44,380 nt of DNA. Source: an uncultured Eubacteriales bacterium (lineage in GTDB: Bacteria > Bacillota > Clostridia > UBA1381 > UMGS1253). Within the stretch, counting starts at the first letter, position 1. Every line of letters begins with the position of its first letter. Both the position numbers and the translations under genes were made by a program. This document shows positions 27,232-36,214 of the stretch, in pieces. The stretch lies in contig URQR01000001.1 of the NCBI GenBank assembly GCA_900550065.1, positions 1-44,380 on the forward strand, given 5' to 3'. The notes under the pieces are model-generated. The model saw only the letters and a list, made by a program, of their open reading frames with translations, had not been told where the DNA came from and searched no databases.

Positions 27232-27588
27232 TTATTTACGTTCCTTTTCTGCTACACGGCTTTCGTGTTTTTCATAATATCCAATCAATCTTCCCGCGCC
27301 GTCGCGGAGTGCGACGATGTACACGTCACAGTTATGGCGCCGATGTGTATATTTTTTATTGTTATTCACATCTTCCGCAAACCAGCTTAGCGTATCTTTT
27401 ATAATTTGGACGGAGTGCACATTGTGACAGTCGAGCAGAGACTGCCCGATTAAGGACGCACCGCCGTACTTTTTGTACCGTTTTTGCGCCGTCGGATTTA
27501 AATAGACGATTTTATGGTCCATATCTGTAATAACAATTGGTTCGTCGTCAAGGTCGACAATACTTTTAAAAGCCTCCGATAGATTCAT
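27232..27588 (-). CDS. stand-alone PAS domain protein
   Basis: PIVITDMDHKIVYLNPTAQKRY...GQSLLDCH pattern. ATG at 27588 follows GGAGGGA. Ends 14 nt upstream of the GNAT gene. Confidence 0.7.
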   Translation of the reverse strand: MNLSEAFKSIVDLDDEPIVITDMDHKIVYLNPTAQKRYKKYGGASLIGQSLLDCHNVHSVQIIKDTLSWFAEDVNNNKKYTHRRHNCDVYIVALRDGAGRLIGYYEKHESRVAEKERK

Positions 27589-27739
27589 TTTTATCCCTCC
27601 TATCAAATAATAGCAAATATACCCGAAAAAGCACAAGTTTATTTAAGGACAGTAAGCGTTAGGCTTTTTCTAAAGGTATGGCGGATGTGTTGTTAGTATA
27701 ACACAATGGCACAAGGACTGCAAACCCAACTAATGCCAA

Positions 27740-27769
27740 AAGCCGGGCATACATTTGTATGTCCGGCTT
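27740..27769 (-). terminator. 14-bp hairpin with a short U-tract on the minus strand, inside a doubtful ORF
   Basis: aagccgggcataca-tt-tgtatgtccggctt. The minus-strand version is followed by TTTTGG. Confidence 0.35.
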
Positions 27770-28479
27770 CTGTTTGAAAATCGTAAAATGAAACTGACGA
27801 TGGACACCACGGCCGAAAATAACTTCTGTTGTGGATACTGAGTATTTGCTGCACGCCACCGGCGGCACAGTCCCATCCTGTACCAGACCCGAAGAAATCA
27901 TCATTTTCTTGCTGTCCATGCCGCTCTCTTGTTTGAGAAAAGGGCAGCCGTCATATGGCATAAATTGAAAGAACTGTAAATAATAGAAAGTGCCCCCATA
28001 CATCCCATAAGGAATATGAAAGCACAAATAATGTAACTGGCAATCATATCCGAAATGGATTTAGACCCTATAGTTTTGCGTCACTATTTTTCAATAGTTT
28101 TGCCATATTCAATTTAGCCAAATTTATCGTAGCACACATCCGTACATAAGTCAATATTTATTTTGAAAAACTTGATTAATACGCAAATTGTTTTGATGGT
28201 CGGCACATAAGAAAAATCGTGGGTATCATAAAAGCGCTTTTCATCTTTTCTGTCGCTGCGTTCTACCTCGCAGTTATGGCGAAGGGGACGAGAACGAATG
28301 AAATAATATATGCAAAAACTTATCAATTGTAAAAACTACTCTACACGTATATACATTTTAAACGTTTCATTTCAACAATAAAAAATACAAAATATTTTTC
28401 GCCTACCTGATAGAAGTACAAAAAAACTTGTAAAATATGAAGGTAATACGCCTAACCTAAGGACTTTGTTTTGGATATG

Positions 28480-28510
28480 AAAAAACCGCAATCCCAGTAG
28501 GGACGCGGTT
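28480..28510 (-). terminator. terminator downstream of tRNA(CAU)
   Basis: Minus strand: AACCGCGTCCC-TACT-GGGATTGCGGTT followed by TTTTTT. Confidence 0.6.
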
Positions 28511-28514
28511 TCGA

Positions 28515-28591
28515 TGGTGGGCCCTCAGGGACTCGAACCCGGGACCGTTCGGTTATGAGCCGAATGCTCTAACCAACTGAGCTAAGGGCCC
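28515..28591 (-). tRNA. tRNA with CAU anticodon, probably tRNA-Ile2 (lysidine type) rather than elongator Met
   Basis: Minus strand reads GGGCCCTTAGCTCAGTTGGTTAGAGCATTCGGCTCATAACCGAACGGTCCCGGGTTCGAGTCCCTGAGGGCCCACCA. It has a 7-bp acceptor stem, anticodon loop CTCATAA and an encoded CCA. The D and anticodon arms resemble recalled Bacillus and E. coli tRNA-Ile(CAU). Confidence 0.9.
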
Positions 28592-28624
28592 GTATAAATA
28601 TTGACTGATTTTTCAATCTTTCAT

Positions 28625-28653
28625 ATTATATCATTATTTCAACCTTGTGTCAA
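28625..28653 (-). promoter_or_regulatory. consensus sigma-A promoter for tRNA(CAU)
   Basis: Minus strand reads TTGACA, a 17-nt spacer, then TATAAT, ending about 33 nt upstream of the tRNA 5' end. Confidence 0.6.
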
Positions 28654-28715
28654 CGGCTTTCAAACACATTTTATATGGAAATTGCGGGAGTATACTATAT
28701 ACTGGAAGGCAGAGG

Positions 28716-28734
28716 AAAAGGCCGCGGGCTTTTT
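28716..28734. terminator. short GC hairpin flanked by A-run and T-run, downstream of the MerR gene
   Basis: aaaaggcc-gcg-ggcttttt. Confidence 0.4.
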
Positions 28735-28786
28735 GGGGAATTAGTCGTATAGTCGCTTAGGAATAAAGTGCTGTGGACGAGAAGAC

Positions 28787-29632
28787 TTAGTCCGCCTCTG
28801 CGCCGTAATACAGGCGGATTGCCCTTGCGGTGAATGCAGCGCTGCCGTCGCCGTAGGCAGCATCATGGGCCTTACGCACATTTGAATTTTGCATATATTG
28901 CGAAGCCATATCGAGCAAGGCCGTTCGGGCGTTGTCCAAGCCAAACATCTTTTTGTAACATTGCGCTAAAACTGCAATTTGCGCGCTTGCTTCTGCTGTA
29001 TCATCCGTTTTCGCCAGTGCTGCAAGTTGTTTGCAAACTGCATCAATCTTTTTCTGATAGCGGCTCATATCCTGACGTGGGCCGCAAGCTGCACGCATGG
29101 CTTGTTCTTTGCCGCCGTACCACTGTAAAAGTTTTGCACCGGTTCTATCTACTTCTAAACTATTGGAAAAATAGGCGTGTAGGCCTTCATAGCTGCCGTC
29201 GCCACAAGCCTTTTTTAGCTCGTCAAACTCCTCCGGCGAAAGGTTTTGGCGTAGATTTTCTAAAATTTTTGTTACGTCGTCTGCGTTAAATGCTTCAAAA
29301 CTCATGGTATCGACTCCCTTCATAACATCTGAAATTAATTCGATCAACCCGCTTAAACGGTTGCGCTTCTGCTCAAGCAGCGTTTTTTGCATTTGCAGTA
29401 CTTGCGCCCTATCACTGTTTGGGTCATCTAATATTCTGCGTATTTCGGGCAGGGGCGTTTCCACCTCCCGGAAAAACAAAATCAGCTGCAAACGCTCTAA
29501 CGCTTTCTTGTCGTATAAACGATAACCGGCGTCAGAATACTTTGTGGGTTTTAATAGACCAATCTCATCATAATAGCGTAACGTCCGAATGCTGACGCCC
29601 GCAATTTCGGACACTTCTTTTACCGTTTTCAT
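28787..29632 (-). CDS. MerR family transcriptional regulator with a long C-terminal effector domain
   Basis: MKTVKEVSEIAGVSIRTLRYYDEIGLLKP..S.AGYRLY is the canonical MerR HTH. Confidence 0.85.
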   Translation of the reverse strand: MKTVKEVSEIAGVSIRTLRYYDEIGLLKPTKYSDAGYRLYDKKALERLQLILFFREVETPLPEIRRILDDPNSDRAQVLQMQKTLLEQKRNRLSGLIELISDVMKGVDTMSFEAFNADDVTKILENLRQNLSPEEFDELKKACGDGSYEGLHAYFSNSLEVDRTGAKLLQWYGGKEQAMRAACGPRQDMSRYQKKIDAVCKQLAALAKTDDTAEASAQIAVLAQCYKKMFGLDNARTALLDMASQYMQNSNVRKAHDAAYGDGSAAFTARAIRLYYGAEAD

Positions 29633-29969
29633 GTCATCGCCTCCTTTCCGCTTCTTATGCTAAACCATGCCGTTACGGGAGAGTCAATACCTTTTTCATA
29701 AATATTTATGTTAATTCTTTTAAAAAATATTATACCAAGCTATTTTAACACAAAAATGGTTATGTAGGTAAGAAATACGGTATGTATCTGGTATAGGAAT
29801 AATTTTAAAAAACACAAAAATTGGGTATAGTAATACGGAACATGGAATTTGTTTACACATATTGCTTATTTTTTCCCGAATGTGTCAAAAATTTAAAATA
29901 AGTCGCTCCGATAAGCCGATATAATGGAATCAGAAAGAGAGGGGGAGCGCTTGAAGGGGGTCAACCAAA

Positions 29970-31550
29970 ATGACGAAACGACAGATTCAACTGCTAAAAA
30001 CGCTGTACAGCGCACAGGGTTATCTCACATTTCAGGAGCTTGCTGCCCCGCTCGGCGTTTCCGTTAAGACGGTCCGCAACGATATTTATGCAATTCGGGA
30101 GTTTTTATCCCGTGAAAATTTGGGCGCCATTGAATCAAAGCCGCATCTCGGTGTGCGGGCCTGTATAAATGAAAAAGAATGGGAAATGCTTCTTAATAGC
30201 GGCAGGGCCGCTCTGGAGGAGGCCGAAGAAGATAAAAAGATTTTATTTTTCATTATCCGTCATCTGCTCAAACATGCGAGCCTGACGGCGCAAAGGCTGG
30301 CAGAACAGTATTACATCAGCCGGACGCAGCTCGAAAAGATTTTAGAAGCCGCCGGCGAATGGTTCGCAAAAAACCACATCGTATTTGAGCGACGAAGAGG
30401 CAAAGGCATTTCCATCCTGTACAGCGAGTTTAACTATCGACTCGCTCTGCTTAACTTTTATTTAGAATATAAGGCGGAGTTTTACCGTCCGGAGGCGGTG
30501 CGCAGCTCACGTATGGCAGCAGTGGACGACTTTGAATACACGGCGCTGTGTAATGCATTAGACGGGTTTGATGTCGACAGCGTCGCGGAGGCGGTTGCCG
30601 GCTTGGAAACGCGGTTTGGCTTCCGATTGAGTTATACGTCGAATGTGACCTTGCTGTTATTGGTTTCTTTATGTATCATTCGCCAAAGAAAGGGTAAAAT
30701 AGCACAAGTGCCACAGCCGCCGGCCTGCAAAACCGACGGGCTGTCGGACGAAATGGTGACGAATGTGCTCATAGAAGACCTACAAGCGCGATTTTCGCTA
30801 CAAATTCCGCGCCAAGAGTGCGAGTTTCTCTTGTTCGTCATTGCGGTCAGTGAGATACAGGGCTATGAAATCGACCGGTTTCGGCGCACCTATGAAGCGG
30901 CAAATATTGAACTGTGCCAGCTTACGGTAAAATTTGTGAATTTGGTCAGCGAAATTACGAATGTGGATTTGCGCGACGATAAGTTTTTTGTCACACAAAT
31001 GTTTTTACAGCTCAAGGCTATGATTGCCCGCTTAAAATACCAGACGGGGTTTAAAAACCCGCTATTGCGGCAGATTAAGGCAAAATACCCGAACCTGATG
31101 GCAATGGCGTGGTCGGCGGGCAACATCTTTGAAAAGGAATTGCAATTAGACATCAATGAGCACGAGGTCGCATATTTGGCGCTTCATATCGGCGGTGCGA
31201 TTGAGCGAAGCAGTGCGAACCTGCGGGTGTGCATCGTCTGCGACTATGGAATCGGTATTTCACAGATTCTGCGTGAAAAGATACAGCGCGCGCTGCCGGA
31301 GCTGAAAATTACCTCGGTTTTTTCCAACCGGGAGCTGCGCAGCATACGCGGTGAGGCGTGTGACTTTATTATTTCGACTGTCCCGATGGAAGGGATGACG
31401 CTTGGCAAGCCAGTTGTCACTGTGGGGCATCTGCTCGACGGCGGCGATGTTGAAAAAATAGAAGAACAGATGAAACACCTGCGCGCCGAGGGCGAGGACG
31501 AACAGGAGGCAATCGACACACTGGTAAAAACGTTGGATATGGCAGAGTGA
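29970..31550 (+). CDS. PRD-domain transcriptional regulator (MtlR/LicR/BglG-type; HTH + Mga-like + PRDs + EIIB-like, no C-terminal EIIA domain)
   Basis: N-terminal HTH (RQIQLLKTLYSAQGYLTFQELAAPLGVSVKTVRNDI), PRD-like segments (HEVAYLALHIG) and a C-terminal RVCIVCDYGIGISQ (EIIB-like Cys). At 526 aa it is shorter than full MtlR-type regulators. Confidence 0.8.
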   Translation: MTKRQIQLLKTLYSAQGYLTFQELAAPLGVSVKTVRNDIYAIREFLSRENLGAIESKPHLGVRACINEKEWEMLLNSGRAALEEAEEDKKILFFIIRHLLKHASLTAQRLAEQYYISRTQLEKILEAAGEWFAKNHIVFERRRGKGISILYSEFNYRLALLNFYLEYKAEFYRPEAVRSSRMAAVDDFEYTALCNALDGFDVDSVAEAVAGLETRFGFRLSYTSNVTLLLLVSLCIIRQRKGKIAQVPQPPACKTDGLSDEMVTNVLIEDLQARFSLQIPRQECEFLLFVIAVSEIQGYEIDRFRRTYEAANIELCQLTVKFVNLVSEITNVDLRDDKFFVTQMFLQLKAMIARLKYQTGFKNPLLRQIKAKYPNLMAMAWSAGNIFEKELQLDINEHEVAYLALHIGGAIERSSANLRVCIVCDYGIGISQILREKIQRALPELKITSVFSNRELRSIRGEACDFIISTVPMEGMTLGKPVVTVGHLLDGGDVEKIEEQMKHLRAEGEDEQEAIDTLVKTLDMAE

Positions 31551-31580
31551 TACCGTGAAAATAGTTTCACGTCAGAAAGT

Positions 31581-33269
31581 ATGGTGATTATAGTGAAGGA
31601 ATTGAAGGGCATTCCGGGCGCACCCGGAATCGCGCAGGGGCCTGTGGTTCTCTATAAAAAGAATAAGGGCGGCGGCGCGGCGATTGACCTCGACACGGCA
31701 GCGAAGGCGTGCCTTGACAATGTGCGCAGGCTCTACGAAAAGACGCTGCGTGAATTAGGCGAGGAGCAGGCAAAAATCTTTTCCGCTTATGAGATGCTGC
31801 TCGAAGACCCGATGCTGCTTATGCCAATACAGGCGGCGATTGACGCCGGAACCCCGGGCGTGACGGCGGCGGTAGAGGAAACAAAAAAGCTCAGCGAAAT
31901 ACTGGCGAGCAAAGGCGGCGAGTACATGCGCCAGCGTGCGGACGACATCCGCTATATTGGCGAGATGCTCGCAGACGCAATTTCCGGTGAAACGAGCAGC
32001 TATGTGCTGCCGCAGGGAGATGTCCCCTTTCTGCTTGCTGCGCACGAGCTGACGCCGGTCGATACGATGCAGTTCGACGCGTCGCGCCTTGCAGGGCTTG
32101 TGACAGAGCTCGGCGGTGCAACGTCGCATACGGTTATTTTGGCAAAGTCGCTCGGGATACCGGCTGTTGTCGGTGTAAAAGGTCTTGCAGAGCAGGTGCA
32201 GGGCGGCGAGACGGGCTTTTTGGACGGATATACGGGCGAATTTGTGACCGAGCCGGACGAAAAGGTGCGCGCCGGCTTTGCAAAAAAGATAGAGGAAGAT
32301 CGGCAGCTGCAGGCGCAGATTGGCACGATTAAGGATGAGATTACGCACACGCTCGACGGGCAGCGCATCGCGGTTTGTATCAATATTGGAAAGCCACAGG
32401 ACCTAAAGGGCGCGGACGAGATGCAATACGACGGCGTAGGGCTGTTCCGTTCGGAGTTTTTGTACTCCTCGTCGGATAAAAAGCCCACACCGGAGCAGCA
32501 GCGGGAGGCGTATCAAAAGGTGATAGACACGGTTGCGCCTAATCCGGTGATTATCCGGACGCTCGACGTCGGCGGCGACAAGCAAATTGCTTATTTACAC
32601 ATGCCGCAGGAGGAAAACCCGTTTTTGGGCAACCGCGGTATCCGGCTTTGCCTGCAAAACCGCGCTGTTTTTGAGGAGCAGCTCGAGGCAATTTTGACAG
32701 CGACGGCAGGAAAAAACGTCAAAATTATGCTTCCGATGGTGACGAGCGTCCATGAGATAGAAGATACAAGGCACATGATAGACGAAATCAAGCAAAAGCT
32801 TGACGCTGCGGGCATAGCGTACTGCCGTGAGGCACAGCTCGGCATCATGATTGAAACACCGGCAAGCGCAATCATGGCCCATCAGTTTGCAAAGCACTGT
32901 GACTTTTTCAGCATCGGCACGAACGATTTGGTGCAATACATTATGTCGGCAGACCGCGGCAACGCACACGTTCAGCATATCTATAACCCGTGCCATCCGG
33001 CTGTCGTACACATGCTCGCACAGGTGATAGATGCGGGCGCTAAGGCCGGTATTGAGGTCAGCGTCTGCGGCGATTTAGCGGCGGATTTACGCTTTACGAA
33101 GCTGCTGTTAGGCTTTGGACTCAAAAAATTCAGCGTACCGCTCCCGATGGTGGGCAGAATCAAGTATAAAATCCGCAATACGGATTTAAAGGACGCGCGC
33201 GCACTCGCAAAACGGGCGCTGGACGCAGAGGATGAAGCAATGATTTCACAACTGTTGGAGGAGGAATGA
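31581..33269 (+). CDS. ptsI: phosphoenolpyruvate-protein phosphotransferase (PTS Enzyme I paralog)
   Basis: LKGIPGAPGIAQG, phospho-His motif GGATSHTVILAKSLGIPAVVG, IRTLDVGGDK, GTNDLVQY and VCGDLA. An in-frame GTG at 31593 is an alternative start. Confidence 0.9.
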   Translation: MVIIVKELKGIPGAPGIAQGPVVLYKKNKGGGAAIDLDTAAKACLDNVRRLYEKTLRELGEEQAKIFSAYEMLLEDPMLLMPIQAAIDAGTPGVTAAVEETKKLSEILASKGGEYMRQRADDIRYIGEMLADAISGETSSYVLPQGDVPFLLAAHELTPVDTMQFDASRLAGLVTELGGATSHTVILAKSLGIPAVVGVKGLAEQVQGGETGFLDGYTGEFVTEPDEKVRAGFAKKIEEDRQLQAQIGTIKDEITHTLDGQRIAVCINIGKPQDLKGADEMQYDGVGLFRSEFLYSSSDKKPTPEQQREAYQKVIDTVAPNPVIIRTLDVGGDKQIAYLHMPQEENPFLGNRGIRLCLQNRAVFEEQLEAILTATAGKNVKIMLPMVTSVHEIEDTRHMIDEIKQKLDAAGIAYCREAQLGIMIETPASAIMAHQFAKHCDFFSIGTNDLVQYIMSADRGNAHVQHIYNPCHPAVVHMLAQVIDAGAKAGIEVSVCGDLAADLRFTKLLLGFGLKKFSVPLPMVGRIKYKIRNTDLKDARALAKRALDAEDEAMISQLLEEE

Positions 33270-33727
33270 CGATGGCAATTGCAGACGTATTAAAGAAGGA
33301 ACAAATCAAGCTGGACATACAGGACGGCACAAAGCAGCAGGTGCTCGACGCGCTTGCAGACGTGCTCATGCAGAGCGGCGCGCTGACGGATAAGAAGGCG
33401 TTTTTAGATGATGTGTACGAACGCGAGGCGGTTTCCTCGACCGGCATCGGTAACGGAATCGCTATCCCGCACGGCAAGTCGAAGTTTGTGAAGGAAACAA
33501 CAGTAGCAATCGGGCGCGTCAGCGGCGGCGTGACGGATTGGGAAACGTTTGACGACGCGCCGGTTACGCTCGTCGTCCTGCTTGCGGTCGACGAAGCAGA
33601 TAAAACCGGCGGTCATGTCCGGCTGCTGTCCTCTATGGCACGCAAGCTCGCAAACGCGCAGACGTGCGAGCGTCTGACAAAGGCGGCGACGCCGGAGGAA
33701 ATTATCGCAATTTTTTCGGAGGAATAA
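33266..33727 (+). CDS. PTS EIIA component (fructose/mannitol family, PTS_EIIA_2)
   Basis: REAVSSTGIGNGIAIPHGK contains the active-site His. Its ATG overlaps the EI stop (ATGA). Confidence 0.85.
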   Translation: MTMAIADVLKKEQIKLDIQDGTKQQVLDALADVLMQSGALTDKKAFLDDVYEREAVSSTGIGNGIAIPHGKSKFVKETTVAIGRVSGGVTDWETFDDAPVTLVVLLAVDEADKTGGHVRLLSSMARKLANAQTCERLTKAATPEEIIAIFSEE

Positions 33728-33728
33728 A

Positions 33729-33753
33729 ATCTGAAAAACTACGTTTTTCAGAT
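33729..33753 (+). other. 11-bp perfect hairpin immediately after the EIIA stop
   Basis: atctgaaaaac-tac-gtttttcagat. There is no T-tract after it. Confidence 0.5.
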
Positions 33754-33756
33754 CAC

Positions 33757-33786
33757 AAATATTGTACCGTACACGGTCCAATATTT
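33757..33786. promoter_or_regulatory. 30-bp near-perfect palindrome (candidate operator)
   Basis: aaatattgtaccgt-ac-acggtccaatattt. The arms are 8 + 5 bp with a single mismatch. Confidence 0.4.
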
Positions 33787-33875
33787 GAAACTTAAGCTAT
33801 AAAACGGAAATCTTAGGCTGAAGAGGCGTACAATGTACCCTTTAGGTCGTATAAAAATAGAAAGGAGCGGTAACA

Positions 33876-34187
33876 ATGAAAATCGTAGGGATTGCAGCAT
33901 GTACATCCGGTATCGCGCACACGTATATCGCAAAGGAAAAGATTGTGAACGCGGCGACGGAACTGGGGCATGAGGTACACATTGAAACACAGGGAACGAT
34001 CGGCACGGAGGATGAACTCACGGCAAAAGACATTGCAGCGGCGGACGTAGTTATCATCGCGGCAGACATCAAGGTAGGCGGCAGGGAACGGTTCAAGGGC
34101 AAGCACATCGTCGAGGTACCGACTCATATTGCCATTAAATCGCCGAAGGCGCTGATTAATAAAATTCAAACGGATTTAGGACTGTAA
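33876..34187 (+). CDS. PTS EIIB component (fructose type)
   Basis: MKIVGIAACTSGIAHTYIA contains the active-site Cys. AAAGGAG RBS. Confidence 0.85.
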   Translation: MKIVGIAACTSGIAHTYIAKEKIVNAATELGHEVHIETQGTIGTEDELTAKDIAAADVVIIAADIKVGGRERFKGKHIVEVPTHIAIKSPKALINKIQTDLGL

Positions 34188-34215
34188 AATTTAAAAGAAA
34201 GGTTAGGTTGAAGTT

Positions 34216-35295
34216 ATGTGGAAGAAGTTACAAATTAAGAAACATGCGTTAACTGGTATTTCATTTATGCTTCCGCTGGTTGTTGCATCCGGCCTTTTAA
34301 TCGCAATCGGCAATATTTTCGGCGGAAACCCGGCTGTGATTTCAGATTATAAGGCAGGCTATAACATTTGGCAGGCGGCGGTCACGCTCGGCGTTTACGG
34401 TATGCAGCTTTTGCCGGGCGTAATGGGCGCGGCGATTGCGTACTCGATTGCGGACCGGCCCGGTATTGCCCCCGGTTTATTAATGGGTATGATTGCGCAG
34501 AACATGGGCGCCGGCTTCTTAGGCGGTATGCTCGGCGGCTATTTGGCAGGTTATTTTGTAGAGATACTGAAGAAGTATTTACGGGTTCCGAAGTGGGCGC
34601 AGGGGCTTATGCCAATGATGATTCTTCCGCTCCTTGCGTCGGTGGTAATCGGCCTGATTATGTTCTTCGTTGTCGGCGGCCCGATTGCGTGGGCGTCGGA
34701 AATGCTGACAAACTTCCTTATCAACATGCAGAGCGGCTCAAAGGCAGTCTTTGGCGCGATTATGGGCGCGATGGCGGCGTTTGACTTCGGCGGCCCCGTC
34801 AACAAGGTTGCGTCCCTGTTTGCAGACGGCCTTTTGATGGACGGCGTATACGGCCCGGAAGCGGTCAAAATTTGCGCCTCCATGATACCGCCGTTTGGTG
34901 TAGCGCTTTCGTGGCTGATTAAGCGGTCGCGTTACTCAAAGCGTGAGACGGACAACATCAAAGTCGCATTCCCGATGGGTATTTGTATGATTACAGAGGG
35001 CGTTATCCCGATTGCGGCGGTTGACCCCATCCGCGTTATCGCTTCGTGCTCCATTGGTGCGGCAGTTGGCGGCGCAATCTGCATGGCGCTGGATGTTGGC
35101 TCGATGGTTCCGTCCGGTGGTATGTTTATCGTACCGGCCATGATTAATCCGTGGGGCTTTATGCTCGCTCTTGCGGCGGGTACGGTTGTGACGGCTGTTT
35201 TGCTTGTCCTGCTCAAAAAAGACGCAAAGGACGACCCAATCAAGGTCGAAGAGGAAGAAGAGGACGCAGATCTGTCCGGCATCAAAATCAGCTAA
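34216..35295 (+). CDS. PTS EIIC component (fructose-like permease)
   Basis: 359-aa polytopic protein. FMLPLVVASGLLIA, GGPVNK and ITEGVIP motifs fit fructose-family IIC. Confidence 0.85.
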   Translation: MWKKLQIKKHALTGISFMLPLVVASGLLIAIGNIFGGNPAVISDYKAGYNIWQAAVTLGVYGMQLLPGVMGAAIAYSIADRPGIAPGLLMGMIAQNMGAGFLGGMLGGYLAGYFVEILKKYLRVPKWAQGLMPMMILPLLASVVIGLIMFFVVGGPIAWASEMLTNFLINMQSGSKAVFGAIMGAMAAFDFGGPVNKVASLFADGLLMDGVYGPEAVKICASMIPPFGVALSWLIKRSRYSKRETDNIKVAFPMGICMITEGVIPIAAVDPIRVIASCSIGAAVGGAICMALDVGSMVPSGGMFIVPAMINPWGFMLALAAGTVVTAVLLVLLKKDAKDDPIKVEEEEEDADLSGIKIS

Positions 35296-35321
35296 GAATT
35301 TAAACAGAAGGGCTTGGTCAT

Positions 35322-36182
35322 ATGTATGTTTCTATGAAAGAGATGCTTGACGCGGCAAATCGCGGTGGCTACGCTGTTATGGCGATAAATTGTTTCAATC
35401 TTGAAACGGCGCGCAGCGTCATTCGTGCGGCGGAAGCGGAAAACGCCCCGATTATTGTCAACATCTTTGCCGACCACTTGCTGACGCACAGCGACAGCGA
35501 GCTGATCACCCCCATCGTAAAAACGCTGGCGGCGCGCGCAAGCGTGGACGTGGCGTTAAACCTCGACCACGGTCAAGAGGCAGACTATATTAAAAAGGCG
35601 GTCGACGACGGGTTCTCGTCAGTCATGGTGGACGCGTCCCGCTTCGATTTAGAGGGCAATATCAAAATGACGAAGGAGCTTGCTGACTATGCCCACGCAA
35701 AGGGCGTGAGTGTAGAAGGCGAGATTGGCTGTCTCGGCGCAAGCGAGGACGGAAAATTCACGCAGGACGCAATGTACACCGACCCGGAACAGGCGAAGGA
35801 GTTCGTGGAGCGGACGGGGATTGACGCGCTGGCGGTTTCGATTGGTACGTCGCACGGCAACTACCCGGACGGGATGGTCCCGAAATTCGACATTGAGCGG
35901 CTGAAAAAAATTAAAGAGCTGACGGGCGCACCGCTCGTGCTGCACGGCGGCTCCGGCTCCGGCGAGGAAAACATCCGCGCCTCGGTTGCAAACGGCATCA
36001 ACAAGATAAATGTCGGCTGCGACTTTATGAACGCCAACCGCGACGCGACGGCAAGGATTTTAAAAGACAATCCGCAAATCAACTACTTTGATTTAATTCA
36101 CCAAGTGGAGACGGACAGTGTAGAGTTGGTGCGGTACTATATAAGGCTTGCGGGCTCTAACGGAAAAGCCCGCAGAAAATAG
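35322..36182 (+). CDS. class II ketose-bisphosphate aldolase (FBA/tagatose-bisphosphate aldolase family), copy 1
   Basis: YAVMAINCFNLE, LNLDHG, EGEIG, IGTSHGNY and LVLHGGSG. Confidence 0.85.
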   Translation: MYVSMKEMLDAANRGGYAVMAINCFNLETARSVIRAAEAENAPIIVNIFADHLLTHSDSELITPIVKTLAARASVDVALNLDHGQEADYIKKAVDDGFSSVMVDASRFDLEGNIKMTKELADYAHAKGVSVEGEIGCLGASEDGKFTQDAMYTDPEQAKEFVERTGIDALAVSIGTSHGNYPDGMVPKFDIERLKKIKELTGAPLVLHGGSGSGEENIRASVANGINKINVGCDFMNANRDATARILKDNPQINYFDLIHQVETDSVELVRYYIRLAGSNGKARRK

Positions 36183-36214
36183 CAGTTTTAAAAGTATGAT
36201 TAGGAGGAAAAAAT

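Noticed and set aside
27659-28027. A 122-aa minus-strand ORF, together with the 70-aa ORF at 28114-28326.
   Set aside because: Neither has a convincing RBS or family signature, and both lie in the low-GC segment. The first has a terminator-like 14-bp hairpin inside its frame. They are treated as possible gene remnants (see the low-GC segment finding), not as CDS features.
31554-31571. The palindrome cgtgaaa-atag-tttcacg between the PRD regulator and EI genes, considered as a catabolite-responsive element (cre).
   Set aside because: The outer arms resemble cre (TGAAA....TTTCA), but the invariant central CG is TA. It may just be a weak intercistronic hairpin and is not reported as a cre site.
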